A DNA stretch of 64,000 bases from an uncultured Bacteroidota bacterium (GCA_903861145.1 CAIOTH010000134.1:12969-76968), one strand, 5' to 3'. Shown: positions 1 through 10,282, numbered from the stretch's first letter. A program made the numbers and translations. The notes: generated by a model from the letters alone, not told the origin.

Positions 1-14
1 GGCATTAGCTCTTA

Positions 15-881
15 CTAAAAATTATACCCTTCAAACCCTTTCGTAAATTCGTTACTCTTAAAGGCAGGGTTTATTTTCAGGTTAAAAAACTGGTAGCGTT
101 CAAAAACACCGCGGTCGTCTGTCAGCTCCTGAAACACAGGGAAGTTATTCTCTTTATCCACGTAAAACACGCTCTTCTTAGCATAGCTGCTGGGTACCTT
201 TAATGTTTTGCCGCCTAAATCATCTTCAAAGCTTTTTACCCCGTTCAAATCAGCAATACTGTATTCCGATATCAAAAGTTTATTGGCAATCGTTAGCATC
301 GTCTCTCCCTTTTGCGCCTTATAGGTGGTATAAGCCCATGTTGGGTCTTCAATCACCAGTTTATAGCAGGCTCTATTGTTCCAGGTTACATCACCGGCAT
401 ATTTAAACACCTCATCAAATTTGCCTTGCTCATCACTCCTCTTCATCCCCGCCTTAACTATACGTGCTACTAATCTAAATCCGGCTGAGTTGAGGGTATG
501 ATGCTGGTCTTTAGTTAACATGCCACCGGTTGGCGCCAGCGAAATCGAGAAAAAAAGTTTATTGCTTTTTACCGTTGCCTTACCACTGTTTTCGCCATCT
601 GCATACAACACTTCAGTTCCTTTATTAGGGTCTGCAGTCATTTTCATGTATATCTTACGGGGTGTTTCGTTCACCTTGGTAAAAATTTCACCACCGCGTA
701 AATCCTTCATGTCAGGCAACCTCTCTTCGCTTTTCATGGTGTATTGGCAGGTTTGGTACGATTCCATAGCTGCAACCATTTTATTGGCAATAGCGCGGTT
801 TTGGCTTTCGGGTGTGCGGGCCGAAAAATTTAATGCACAAATAGCAATCAGCACCAGCGAAATTGAAAGGACTTTTTTCAT
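15..881 (-). CDS. secreted hypothetical protein with a LysM-like segment
   Basis: 288-aa ORF with signal peptide MKKVLSISLVLIAICALNFSA. The segment YKAQKGETMLTIANKLLISEYSIADLNGV...GGKTLKVP fits the LysM pattern. The rest is unrecognised. Confidence 0.7.
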   Translation of the reverse strand: MKKVLSISLVLIAICALNFSARTPESQNRAIANKMVAAMESYQTCQYTMKSEERLPDMKDLRGGEIFTKVNETPRKIYMKMTADPNKGTEVLYADGENSGKATVKSNKLFFSISLAPTGGMLTKDQHHTLNSAGFRLVARIVKAGMKRSDEQGKFDEVFKYAGDVTWNNRACYKLVIEDPTWAYTTYKAQKGETMLTIANKLLISEYSIADLNGVKSFEDDLGGKTLKVPSSYAKKSVFYVDKENNFPVFQELTDDRGVFERYQFFNLKINPAFKSNEFTKGFEGYNF

Positions 882-934
882 GAATTAAATTATGTGTGGT
901 TTAAAATTTATTTGGTCAAATACGGTTTTAAAAA

Positions 935-1402
935 CTATAAGGCAATGCCCAGCTTTTTATAAACAAAACTCATTAACCAGGCAGGCCCAATCATAAGGTA
1001 CTGCAGGTCTTTCAAGAAAGACGGTTTCTTTCCCTCAATATTGTGCCCGTAAAATTGCCCTATCCAGGCCAATACAAAAATGCCTATACAAATAGCCCAT
1101 AACGGAATGGCGGTAATTTGAGTTATCTCGTAACACAGGCCAATACAAACCAACGAAAACACCAGCATACCAACCGATAATGATTTAGAAAGCAAAAAAT
1201 AGTAACCGGTCACAAACACCAAAATAATAATTGCAAGGTTAAGGTTCATTTGCCCAATTAACTTAACCGGAAACTGAACGTTATACAGTAAGCCAATAAC
1301 GCTAAAAAATATTAGCGGCACACATATCCAGTGTATGGTTTTGTTGGTGGGGTTTTGGTGGCTTACTCCGTATTCATCAAGCCATTGTTGAATGCTCTTC
1401 AT
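935..1402 (-). CDS. Mpo1-like (DUF962) membrane protein
   Basis: 155-aa ORF. The N-terminus (WLDEYGVSHQNPTNKTIHWICVPLIFF) followed by 3-4 hydrophobic helices is typical of DUF962/YGL010w-like proteins. Confidence 0.7.
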   Translation of the reverse strand: MKSIQQWLDEYGVSHQNPTNKTIHWICVPLIFFSVIGLLYNVQFPVKLIGQMNLNLAIIILVFVTGYYFLLSKSLSVGMLVFSLVCIGLCYEITQITAIPLWAICIGIFVLAWIGQFYGHNIEGKKPSFLKDLQYLMIGPAWLMSFVYKKLGIAL

Positions 1403-1443
1403 GTTTTGTGTTTTATGGTGCTAAAATAGAGATGTGCGGATAT

Positions 1444-1477
1444 AAAACAAAAAAGGCCCTGCAATAGCAGAGCCTTT
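1444..1477 (-). terminator. rho-independent terminator (after 1501-2340)
   Basis: On the minus strand, the hairpin aaaggctctgc-tatt-gcagggccttt (one mismatch) is followed by TTTTTTGTTTT. Confidence 0.7.
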
Positions 1478-1500
1478 AAGTAAGTTTTTGACTTTATTTA

Positions 1501-2340
1501 CTATTCAACAATGGTAAACTTGCGTGTAACGCTCGATACCCCGTCAGAGATAGATAAAAGATAAATACCCGCTGAAAGATTTCCCCTTTCAATACTAGAA
1601 GTATTTACACCCGGGTTAGCTTGAATTTCTTTAACCGAAATAATTTTGCCCATTATGTCGGTAACCTTAACTGAGTAGTTGGCATTCTTTTCAGCAACAA
1701 ACGATAGTTGAGCAGATGTACCCATTGGGTTAGGCACAATATTAACCGATGCTACATTAGCTTCAACCTCATTAATACCCGATGGGCAACTGGTTGCAGC
1801 AACCTGATTTTGCCCGGTTATTGAAGACGTATCTGTGGCAGTGCACGGGCCTGCTGGCGCAGCAACTCTTAACCATAATTTTATACCGGCGGCATCAACT
1901 GTATTAGGGTTCTGTATAAACTGGCCGGTTGGGCTATGGTTAATATAGGCGGTAACCTGCAATCTCAAATTATATTGACCAACAACATCGTTGGTGGTGC
2001 CGGTAAAATATAAAACACCAAATTCATTCGCAGCATAGGTTCGGCTAACTTTATTCATATTCCAGCACAATCCGCAAGGCAGGTTCCAAATGGTATCAAT
2101 GGTAACACTATCAATTGATTGGGTTCCAAGAAAAATAAACCGAGAATACATTTGAAATGAAACAGTATCCTTATAAGCAACCCCTTGCACCGCGCATGGC
2201 ATCGAATCAGGATAAGGAAAACCCACTTGGGCATTGGGATTGGCTATAATGTTGTTTACCGTTCCGCACCATTGCGCATTGGCGGTATTTATAGCAAACG
2301 ATGCTGATATGGTTAAAAGGGCTAGTAATATTTTCTTCAT
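1501..2340 (-). CDS. secreted protein with T9SS C-terminal sorting domain
   Basis: Signal peptide ending ANAQ. The C-terminal ~80 aa (VNIVPNPMGTSAQLSF...AGIYLLSISDGVSSVTRKFTIVE) matches the Por/T9SS CTD pattern. Paralog of the adjacent gene at 2463-3305. Confidence 0.85.
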   Translation of the reverse strand: MKKILLALLTISASFAINTANAQWCGTVNNIIANPNAQVGFPYPDSMPCAVQGVAYKDTVSFQMYSRFIFLGTQSIDSVTIDTIWNLPCGLCWNMNKVSRTYAANEFGVLYFTGTTNDVVGQYNLRLQVTAYINHSPTGQFIQNPNTVDAAGIKLWLRVAAPAGPCTATDTSSITGQNQVAATSCPSGINEVEANVASVNIVPNPMGTSAQLSFVAEKNANYSVKVTDIMGKIISVKEIQANPGVNTSSIERGNLSAGIYLLSISDGVSSVTRKFTIVE

Positions 2341-2385
2341 TATTTAGTTTTTAGGATTTAGAAATAGCGAATATTTCGCGGCACA

Positions 2386-2425
2386 AAACAAAAAAGTCTT
2401 TCCATAACCGGAAAGACTTTTTTGT
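2386..2425 (-). terminator. rho-independent terminator (after 2463-3305), bidirectional shape
   Basis: Stem agtctttcc/ggaaagact, flanked by an A-run and a T-run. Confidence 0.75.
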
Positions 2426-2462
2426 TAAAGTTTTCAACACCTATAAAGGCGATTGAAACTTA

Positions 2463-3305
2463 TTACTCGATGATTAATCTCTTAGTGAATGTAGATACTC
2501 CGTCAGTAATAGAGTAGAAGTATACACCAGCAGAAAGTGTGTTTCTTGTAATAACGTGTGAGTTAGTACCCATTTTCACATCAACTTGTTGGCTGTAAAC
2601 TTCGTTACCAATAATGCTGGTAATTTTTTCAGTCATCATACCTGCTTTAGCAGAGTTGAAAGAAATCATCGCCTGGCTGGTGAAAGGATTAGGATAAACG
2701 CTTAACGATTGGATATTCTGATCTACATTGTTAATGCTGTTTATTATACAACCATTGCTACCGTTATAAGCAATAATACCGTTTGCATCGGCTTGGGTAG
2801 TATCAATTACATGCCAGCAAGACGAATCAGTAGCATTTACTCTAACAAAATATTTTAAGCCGGCTGCATCTGCATTTGTAGTTATAGGGAAACCAATGTT
2901 GGTCCACGCTCTAACAATAATGTGCAGTTTGTATTGACCAGGCGTTGCAGTTGTTGTTCCTGTTACTTTGATACAACCATTTTGTTGGTTGCCAAAAGTG
3001 TTAGTGTTACTATTTGTAGCCCAGCAAAGACCTGAAGGCAAATTGCTGATGGTATCAACTTGCAATGAATCCATGGTAAGTGTTTGACCGCTGAAGGTAA
3101 GCGTATCATAGTTCTGAAACTCGATAACTGTTGATGTTGCAACATTATCAACTATCGGAGCCAAACTATCAGATATCGGGCTCAAACCTGGCTTAGCTAA
3201 AATTGTAGGAGTACAAACCGAAGAGCCTGAACCGCCACAATATTGTGCGTTTGATTTAACTGCGATGATACAAAATAGTGAAAGAGTAAAAATTAATTTT
3301 TTCAT
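2463..3305 (-). CDS. secreted protein with T9SS C-terminal sorting domain (paralog of 1501-2340)
   Basis: Signal peptide ending SNAQ. C-terminal LSVYPNPFTSQAMISF...AGVYFYSITDGVSTFTKRLIIE. Shares the blocks DTI.NLP.GLCW, TGTT...GQY.L and DAAG.K....RV with the neighbouring gene. Confidence 0.85.
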   Translation of the reverse strand: MKKLIFTLSLFCIIAVKSNAQYCGGSGSSVCTPTILAKPGLSPISDSLAPIVDNVATSTVIEFQNYDTLTFSGQTLTMDSLQVDTISNLPSGLCWATNSNTNTFGNQQNGCIKVTGTTTATPGQYKLHIIVRAWTNIGFPITTNADAAGLKYFVRVNATDSSCWHVIDTTQADANGIIAYNGSNGCIINSINNVDQNIQSLSVYPNPFTSQAMISFNSAKAGMMTEKITSIIGNEVYSQQVDVKMGTNSHVITRNTLSAGVYFYSITDGVSTFTKRLIIE

Positions 3306-3342
3306 AGGTTTTTTAGTTTTTGATTTTTAGTTGTTTACGCGG

Positions 3343-3350
3343 CAAATTTA
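3343..3350 (-). promoter_or_regulatory. -7 box TAAATTTG
   Basis: Exact TAnnTTTG on the minus strand, 38 nt upstream of the ATG at 3305. Confidence 0.4.
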
Positions 3351-3625
3351 AGTAACGATTTCATTAAATCACAATAGTTATTCACAAAAAAATAAAACTT
3401 TATGATTATTATAATGAACAACGCTGCCTTTCGTCTGGGCTGATTAGCACCTTTATATAACTTTTCGCATATTAACGGGCTTAAAATTATGGATTCCGCA
3501 AAAGAGCACACAAGTTTTCAATGCAATTTATTGCACCAAAAGCATATTTATTTGCATAAATAACATCCCTTTCAATCATTAAATTAACAAAGCAACAAAC
3601 CGCTACCTTCGTTTCAAAAAAAATC

Positions 3626-3633
3626 TATTTTTG
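3626..3633 (+). promoter_or_regulatory. Bacteroidota sigma-A -7 box (TAnnTTTG): TATTTTTG
   Basis: Exact match to the TAnnTTTG consensus, 22 nt upstream of the TonB-dependent receptor ATG at 3655. Confidence 0.5.
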
Positions 3634-3654
3634 TCCAAAACAAAAACGAACCGC

Positions 3655-6243
3655 ATGAAGTTGAACCTCTACTTGTTACTCGCTTTTATTTCCTTGTCTT
3701 TTAGCGCATTTTCTCAAAATGCCAAAGTTAGTGGCAAAGTAACCGAAGACAACGGAGATGGATTAATAAGCGCCAGTGTTGTAATTGATGCAAGCAAAGG
3801 ATTTGGAGCCGTAACCGATATAGACGGCAATTACACCATCAGCCTTCCTGCCGGGTCCTATACCGTAACATTTACCTACCTGGGCAAAGAAACCCAAAAA
3901 GTAAATGTAACCCTTACCGATGGGCAAACTAAAACCCTAAACGTGGTTTTGCACGAAAAGCAAAAGCTGATGGATGATGTGGTAATTAGCGGTAGCAAAT
4001 ACGAACAAAAACTAAGCGAGCAAACCATTAGTATGGATGTGATTAAGGGTAGCTCACTTGCAAAAGATAACATTGTAAGCCTTGACGAAGGTATGAACAA
4101 AGTACCCGGTGTTACCATTGCCGATGGCCAGGTAAATATACGTGGTGGTGCCGGTTGGAGTTACGGCGCTGGTTCGCGCGTGCAGGTATTGGTAGATGAC
4201 CTGCCTATTTTAAGTGCCGATGCTGCCGATGCCAAATGGAGCATAGTACCCATGGAAAACGTTGAGCAGGTAGAAGTTATTAAAGGTGCCGCCTCGGCGT
4301 TATACGGCTCGGGTGCTTTAGATGGAATTATTAACGTGCGCACTGCATACCCTACCGATGTGCCTTACTTTAAAGTTTCAGCTTATGGTGGAATTGATGA
4401 AAGCCCTACCCGCACACCCGATATGAGTGACTGGTGGAACGGAAAACCACCCTATAGCCAGGGCATCAATTTTGCATATCGCCAAAAATTCGGGCAAAAC
4501 GATTTACAAATTGGTGGCGCTTTTGATGGTGGAACCGGCTATGTCGACTCAAGCGGCGGGTACCAAGTACGGGCCAATGTAAAGTATCGCCATCGCTTTA
4601 AAAAGATCCCCGGCTTAAACATGGGCGTTAATGTAAGCGGTCTATACGATTGGGGTAAAACCTTCTTTTTCTGGAATGGACTGGGTGACAAGGCTTACAG
4701 GCCTTTCCCTAACACCGTTACCATTTATCGCGATTACCGTTTTACAGTTGACCCTTTTATTGATTACTATGATAAAAACAATAACCAGTTTAAGTTTATA
4801 GGCCGTTTCTTAAACTCAACTAACACCAATAGCACCGGTCAGGGTTCTGTGCCAAATAAGTACTACGCCGAAATTCAATACCATCGTAAATGGGACTTTA
4901 ATAAGTTTACTATGAACCTGGTTTCGGGTGTTGTTAACCAATACGATGATGTAAACGCGCCACCGGGTAACCACGGAAGCCTTTTTGGAAAAAATAATGA
5001 TGAAAATTTCTCTATATATGCACAAACAGATTTTAAATTCTTTAAAAAACTAACCGTTAGTGTGGGTGCCCGTTGGGAATATTTTTACATGAGGCATTAT
5101 GTTAGCGATACTACCGGCGAAACCATCAGTGGCACCGATACAACGTTCGCTACCACCCAAAAATTACAACTTGCTCAAAACTCGCTTAAGCAATTATATT
5201 ACCCGCTATTCCGTATAGGCCTAAACTACCAGGCTGCCGAAGCTACCTTTATTCGCGCTTCATTCGGCCAGGGCTTCCGTTACCCAAGTATTGCCGAGCG
5301 TTATGTTACTACCAATGTGGGTGCGCTCACTATTGCCTCAAACCCACAGTTACAACCCGAGCAGGGTTATAGTGCCGAAATTGGTATAAAGCAAGGGTTT
5401 AAAATTGGTAGTTGGACCGGCTTTGCCGATTTATCGGGCTTCGCCAACTTCTATACCAACATGACTGAATTTTCGTTTGGCCAATTTGGCCCTCAGTCCG
5501 AATGGAACAACTACAATAAGGAATTTGGATTTGGCTTTGCCTCGCAAAACATTGGTAAAACAAGAATATTGGGTACTGAACTTGTTTTAGCCACTCAAGG
5601 CAATGTAGGTCCTGTTCTTATGGAGATAATGACCGGGTATACCTTTATTGACCCACGCTCATTAAACTGGAACGATTCCTTAGCGCTTTATAACTACCAG
5701 GGCTACCAGCTTTCCAGTCCCGTGGTTGATCCAAATAACCTCTCTCCTATTTCGCGGGCTTATAACCAGGCTAACCGGGCTAATCCGGCTTCCTCCGAAA
5801 TTACCTATGCCCAAACATCAACAAGCTCAACCAATCTCCTTAAATACCGCAGCCCACACACATTAAAAGTAGATATTACAGCTAGCTGGAAAGGGCTTGA
5901 ATTAAATACCAACCTGCAATACTCCAGCTACCAAAAAAATATCGATTTTGCTTTTATAAGCCCTCTTTTCCGCTTTAATGAGGGAACAGCCTTTCAGGGT
6001 TTATATCAATGGCGTTCTGCTAAAGAGGCTATTCCTATAGGCATGGGTCGTGGAGATATCATCTGGAATGCACGCATAGGATACTCATTTAAACAAGGCG
6101 TTAAAATTGCCCTATTGGTTAAAAACCTGTTGAATTGGGAATATACCCCGCGCCCTGCCTATTTTGGCGAGCCGCGCAATTTTACGCTTCAGGTATCATA
6201 CACTATGCAGCCTCCTAAAAAGAAGAAAAAAGTAAGCGAATAG
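3655..6243 (+). CDS. TonB-dependent receptor (carboxypeptidase-regulatory-like N-domain, plug, beta-barrel)
   Basis: Signal peptide MKLNLYLLLAFISLSFSAFSQ, then SGKVTEDNGDGLISASVVI...DGNYTISLPAGSYTVTFTYLG (CarboxypepD_reg), a plug (VEVIKGAASALYGSGALDGIINV) and a C-terminal barrel ending NFTLQVSY. Start moved from the track TTG at 3631 to the ATG at 3655, because 3626-3633 is a TAnnTTTG promoter box. Confidence 0.9.
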   Translation: MKLNLYLLLAFISLSFSAFSQNAKVSGKVTEDNGDGLISASVVIDASKGFGAVTDIDGNYTISLPAGSYTVTFTYLGKETQKVNVTLTDGQTKTLNVVLHEKQKLMDDVVISGSKYEQKLSEQTISMDVIKGSSLAKDNIVSLDEGMNKVPGVTIADGQVNIRGGAGWSYGAGSRVQVLVDDLPILSADAADAKWSIVPMENVEQVEVIKGAASALYGSGALDGIINVRTAYPTDVPYFKVSAYGGIDESPTRTPDMSDWWNGKPPYSQGINFAYRQKFGQNDLQIGGAFDGGTGYVDSSGGYQVRANVKYRHRFKKIPGLNMGVNVSGLYDWGKTFFFWNGLGDKAYRPFPNTVTIYRDYRFTVDPFIDYYDKNNNQFKFIGRFLNSTNTNSTGQGSVPNKYYAEIQYHRKWDFNKFTMNLVSGVVNQYDDVNAPPGNHGSLFGKNNDENFSIYAQTDFKFFKKLTVSVGARWEYFYMRHYVSDTTGETISGTDTTFATTQKLQLAQNSLKQLYYPLFRIGLNYQAAEATFIRASFGQGFRYPSIAERYVTTNVGALTIASNPQLQPEQGYSAEIGIKQGFKIGSWTGFADLSGFANFYTNMTEFSFGQFGPQSEWNNYNKEFGFGFASQNIGKTRILGTELVLATQGNVGPVLMEIMTGYTFIDPRSLNWNDSLALYNYQGYQLSSPVVDPNNLSPISRAYNQANRANPASSEITYAQTSTSSTNLLKYRSPHTLKVDITASWKGLELNTNLQYSSYQKNIDFAFISPLFRFNEGTAFQGLYQWRSAKEAIPIGMGRGDIIWNARIGYSFKQGVKIALLVKNLLNWEYTPRPAYFGEPRNFTLQVSYTMQPPKKKKKVSE

Positions 6244-6284
6244 TTTAGAAACAAGAATTGAAGAAAAATTCAAACCAAGCAAAA

Positions 6285-6650
6285 ATGATAAAAAAGCAAA
6301 TCCTGTTATTACTGATAATAGTTGCCCTTATTTCAGGCTGCACCAAAACCGACAGGTTGCCTGTAACCGCAACCTATGTTTTAAAGGGCGACCACGCTAC
6401 TTTTTCTACCAACGGCATTGTCGAATTTAAAGGTGTTAGTAATCGTTTAATAATTGTTAGCGGTAAAACGGGGGCAGCATATTTTTGGTCTACCAATAAC
6501 GATACACTTTTTAAAGACATGTGGATTGGTGATACCCTAAGTGTAAGCGGTGCTACAAGTTACACCTCCATATATTATCAAACTGCTACAACATCAGGCT
6601 ATCTGGTCGATTCCAGTTCAAACACAACTGCTTCGGCAACCATTAAGTAA
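6285..6650 (+). CDS. lipoprotein, function unknown
   Basis: MIKKQILLLLIIVALISGC lipobox. Lies immediately downstream of the TonB-dependent receptor. The track start at 6258 is a TTG, so the ATG at 6285 is preferred. Confidence 0.6.
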   Translation: MIKKQILLLLIIVALISGCTKTDRLPVTATYVLKGDHATFSTNGIVEFKGVSNRLIIVSGKTGAAYFWSTNNDTLFKDMWIGDTLSVSGATSYTSIYYQTATTSGYLVDSSSNTTASATIK

Positions 6651-6689
6651 TCAAAATTAATAATGAGATTAAACGCAAAATATAACAAC

Positions 6690-6944
6690 ATGAAATTAAA
6701 ACTCATATTGGCTATCCTTACTCTTACAGTGGCATTTTCATCATGCAAAAAGTGCCAAACCTGTGTTCCATATCATTACAATATGGGCGTAAAAGGAGCC
6801 ATTGATAATAACACCACGCAAACACTTCACGGTTATGGTGCCCAGCAATTAACCCTGTGCGATAAAACAGATATTGATGCTTACGAAAGCCTAACCACTT
6901 TTACCGATGCGCAAAGAGATTCTGTACGGTTTTATTGCAACTAA
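6690..6944 (+). CDS. small Cys-rich lipoprotein (SSCKKCxTC family)
   Basis: MKLKLILAILTLTVAFSSCKKCQTC lipobox followed by 4 more Cys. Paralogous to 56309-56509. A strong hairpin terminator follows at 6971-7005. The alternative start at 6663 cannot be excluded. Confidence 0.6.
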   Translation: MKLKLILAILTLTVAFSSCKKCQTCVPYHYNMGVKGAIDNNTTQTLHGYGAQQLTLCDKTDIDAYESLTTFTDAQRDSVRFYCN

Positions 6945-6970
6945 ATCTTGCACAAAGCCTTTATAAAAGC

Positions 6971-7005
6971 AAAATGCTCCGAATTAACCGGAGCATTTTG
7001 ATTTT
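6971..7005. terminator. bidirectional hairpin terminator between convergent genes
   Basis: An 11-bp perfect stem aaaatgctccg/cggagcatttt with a 7-nt loop and T-rich tracts on both strands. Lies between the 6944 (+) and 7018 (-) gene ends. Confidence 0.75.
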
Positions 7006-7017
7006 ATAGATACGCCA

Positions 7018-7740
7018 TTACACATCATATCTCCGTAATAACTTCAGTACAATCTCCATATCCTTAGGCAGCTTAACCTCAAACGTCATTTCCCTCTCAG
7101 TTACCGGGTGAACTATAGTAAGCGCCGATGCGTGTAGCGTTAACCTTGCAATAGTAGGCCGCTCCTCCTCATCTGTCTGCTTGTAGTTCTTCTTCTTAAT
7201 ACTCGAAAAATAAAAGGCATCAGCTTTTGCATAAACCTCATCAACCAACAAAGGGTTTCCCAACGATGCCATGTGCACACGTATCTGGTGTGTTCTCCCT
7301 GTTTTTATTTCAAGCCTAACCAGGCTGGCATGCTTAAACTCCTCCTCTACCGCATAGTGTGTTAGCGCATCCTTCCCACGCTTATGAATAAGCATGGTAC
7401 CGGGCCTCACCGTATTCTCTGCTATGGGTGCGTTAATAATACCTTCGTGCTGCTTCAATCTCCCTTTTACAATAGCCCGGTAAACCTTCTTCACCGTATG
7501 GTTCTGAAACTGCAACGAAAGGTGCCTGTGCGCGGCCTCATTGCGCGCAAAACACATTACGCCGCTGGTGCCCTTATCTATGCGGTGCACAACAAACAAT
7601 TTGCCGTAATCCTTTTCCAATATACTCTGCACGGTAGGCCTTTCGGTATGTATTCTGTCGGGTATAACAGTTAAGCCAACAGGTTTAACCACCACAATAA
7701 TGTCGGCATCTTCAAAAATTACTTCAGGTTTTTCAATCAC
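7018..7740 (-). CDS. RluA-family pseudouridine synthase
   Basis: HRIDKGTSGVMCFARN catalytic-Asp motif and a TGRTHQIRVH motif. The 240-aa length is typical. Confidence 0.9.
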   Translation of the reverse strand: MIEKPEVIFEDADIIVVVKPVGLTVIPDRIHTERPTVQSILEKDYGKLFVVHRIDKGTSGVMCFARNEAAHRHLSLQFQNHTVKKVYRAIVKGRLKQHEGIINAPIAENTVRPGTMLIHKRGKDALTHYAVEEEFKHASLVRLEIKTGRTHQIRVHMASLGNPLLVDEVYAKADAFYFSSIKKKNYKQTDEEERPTIARLTLHASALTIVHPVTEREMTFEVKLPKDMEIVLKLLRRYDV

Positions 7741-7852
7741 TTCAATTAGCGCTTAAGGCGTGCAAAATAAGGGGTTCTGCCATATTTTAAAGGTATAAAA
7801 GCCAATAGAGACAATAACCAAGGGTTCCTGTTCCCCTTTTAACTATTAAACT

Positions 7853-10282
7853 ATGCTCAATAATTTATCTTCGATGCGCTTTATGGCCACCGTGTTTAAT
7901 ATGCGCTTTATATCCTTATGCTTTCTTTTTGTTGCCTTCAGCTTTAGCCTAAAAGCGCAAAACCTTACCGAAACCGTTCGTGGCCGTGTAATTGATAAAG
8001 ATTCACGTCAACCCCTATTCGGTGTAAATATTTTGGTGCTTAATACTAACCCGCCACAAGGCGCCGTTACCGAAGCAGATGGCACATTTAAAATTGAAAA
8101 AGTAAGCGTAGGCAGGCACACGCTTCGCTTTTCGTATGTGGGCTATGACGAAGCCATCCTTGCCGAACTATTTGTAAGCTCAGGTAAAGAAGTGCTGGTA
8201 ACTGTTGAGATGCAGGAAAAAGTAAACACCATGAACGAAGTGGTGGTTACCAGCGAAAAAGATAAATCAAAAGCCAATAACGAATTTGCCTCAGTAAGCG
8301 CGCGTTCTTTTTCAGCCGAAGAAATGAGCCGCTTTGCCGCCACGCAAAACGACCCTGCCCGCGTGGTACAATCATTTGCGGGAGTAATGACCGCCGGTGA
8401 TGATGATAACCAAATAGTAGTGCGCGGCAACTCGCCCCGTGGCTTGCTTTGGCGCATGGAGGGCATTGAAATACCCAACCCCAATCACTTCGCCGGTTCC
8501 GAAGGCTCAACCGGTGGCGGGGTTAGCATTTTAAGCGCAAACGTACTAACCAACACCGATTTCTATTCAGGGGCCTTTCCCGCCGAATATGGTGATGCCT
8601 TATCAGGCGTTTTCGATTTGAACTTACGTAAAGGAAATACCGATAAATACGAGTTCACATTTCAAGCCGGTGTGCTGGGTTTAGAAGCAGCACTTGAGGG
8701 CCCTTTCTCTAAAAACTATAATGGCAGCTATTTGATTAATTACCGGTATTCAACATTGCAATTGCTGGGCTATATGGGTTTAAAAATTGCCGGTGACGTA
8801 TTGCCCAAATACCAGGATATTGCTTTCAATTTTAACTTCCCTACCCCGAAGATAGGCACATTTACCTTATGGGGCATCGGTGGTTTAAGCGGCCTGGGGC
8901 AAAACGCGGTGCACGACACCACCAAATGGCACGATATAAACGACAAAACCGAATACACTCAAAACCAAATGATAGGTGTTATTGGCGCCACTCATTTGTT
9001 TATGCTTAAAGATGCCAAAACCTATATCAAAACGGTAGTATCATACAGCTACACCAATAACCAGGATACCAACGATACACTTAGCAATAGTTTTGCGCCT
9101 TTTAACCTGGGTGGCGATAAGTTTATATACAAAACCCTGCGCGCAACGGTTATGCTCAACAAAAAGCTGAACAGCAAAAACCTGGTAAGGGCAGGCGTAG
9201 TATTCAGTAATACGGCTTACCAGTTGTTCAGCAACTCTTACTCATACCAATACAACGTAATGCAAACGCAGGTAAACAACATTGGTAATACATCAATGCT
9301 GGAAGGCTATATACAATGGAAACACCGGTTTAACGACAGGCTGCAACTAAACGCCGGTGTGCATTTTACATATTCAGTTTTCAACGATAAGTTTTATGCC
9401 GAGCCACGCATTGGCGGCGACTGGAAAGCCACTGAAACACAAACACTCAGTTTCGGATTAGGCCTGCATAGCCGTATTGATGCCATGTCAACTTACTTTT
9501 CGTATATCGATACCACCGGTGGCGTAAAAAAATACCCCAACCAAAACCTCGATTTCTCAAGGGCGTTTCACGCCGTGCTGGGTTATAACTTCAGCTTTAA
9601 AAAGGATTTTCGCTTAAAGGTAGAGGCATACGCACAGTATTTATTTAGTGTGCCTATCGGCGCCGATTCTGCTAATTCTACTTACTCCATTGTAAACTAT
9701 ACCGATGGTTTTGTAAACGTGCCGCTAATAAGCAAAGGCACCGGTTACAATTACGGGCTTGAAATAACACTGGAGAAGTTCTTCTCTAATCACTACTTCT
9801 TTATGTACACTGCCTCGCTGTACCAATCTAAATACCGCGCATTAGACGGCGTTTGGCGTAGCACGGCTTACGATGTTCATTATGTTATGAACTTGTTGGG
9901 AGGAAAGGAGTTTGTGCTTGGTAAGAAGAAAAACAACATACTGGGTATTAACCTTAAACTTATTTGGCGTGGTGGCGAAAGATACACCCCCGTTGATTTA
10001 GCGGCTTCTACACTGGCCAACCAAACCGTTTACGAAAACAACAATGCCTTCACTCAAAAATTTCCCGATTATTTTAGGATGGATGCCGGCGTTTATTATA
10101 GGAGGAATACGAAAAAATACGCCTGGACCTTGTCGTTTGACGGGCAAAACGTTGTTAACCGGCATAATGTAGAAGCAGAAATTTACGACCCAATAACACG
10201 AACGGTAATTATTCAAAAAAACCTGGGCGTTATACCCGTGTTTACATGGAAAATTGAGTTTGGGGTAACGCCTAAGTATTAA
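7853..10282 (+). CDS. TonB-dependent receptor (CarboxypepD_reg N-domain)
   Basis: VRGRVIDKDSRQPLFGVNILVL...DGTFKIEKVSVGRHTLRFSYVGY, then a plug (QIVVRGNSPRGLLWRMEGIEIPNPNHF) and a long barrel ending in aromatic residues. The true start may be the ATG at 7901 (MRFISLCFLFVAFSFSLKAQ signal peptide). Confidence 0.88.
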   Translation: MLNNLSSMRFMATVFNMRFISLCFLFVAFSFSLKAQNLTETVRGRVIDKDSRQPLFGVNILVLNTNPPQGAVTEADGTFKIEKVSVGRHTLRFSYVGYDEAILAELFVSSGKEVLVTVEMQEKVNTMNEVVVTSEKDKSKANNEFASVSARSFSAEEMSRFAATQNDPARVVQSFAGVMTAGDDDNQIVVRGNSPRGLLWRMEGIEIPNPNHFAGSEGSTGGGVSILSANVLTNTDFYSGAFPAEYGDALSGVFDLNLRKGNTDKYEFTFQAGVLGLEAALEGPFSKNYNGSYLINYRYSTLQLLGYMGLKIAGDVLPKYQDIAFNFNFPTPKIGTFTLWGIGGLSGLGQNAVHDTTKWHDINDKTEYTQNQMIGVIGATHLFMLKDAKTYIKTVVSYSYTNNQDTNDTLSNSFAPFNLGGDKFIYKTLRATVMLNKKLNSKNLVRAGVVFSNTAYQLFSNSYSYQYNVMQTQVNNIGNTSMLEGYIQWKHRFNDRLQLNAGVHFTYSVFNDKFYAEPRIGGDWKATETQTLSFGLGLHSRIDAMSTYFSYIDTTGGVKKYPNQNLDFSRAFHAVLGYNFSFKKDFRLKVEAYAQYLFSVPIGADSANSTYSIVNYTDGFVNVPLISKGTGYNYGLEITLEKFFSNHYFFMYTASLYQSKYRALDGVWRSTAYDVHYVMNLLGGKEFVLGKKKNNILGINLKLIWRGGERYTPVDLAASTLANQTVYENNNAFTQKFPDYFRMDAGVYYRRNTKKYAWTLSFDGQNVVNRHNVEAEIYDPITRTVIIQKNLGVIPVFTWKIEFGVTPKY

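Noticed and set aside
8143-8510. Antisense ORFs of 113 and 87 aa inside the second TonB-dependent receptor
   Set aside because: They fall entirely within a strongly supported receptor gene and show no recognisable motifs.
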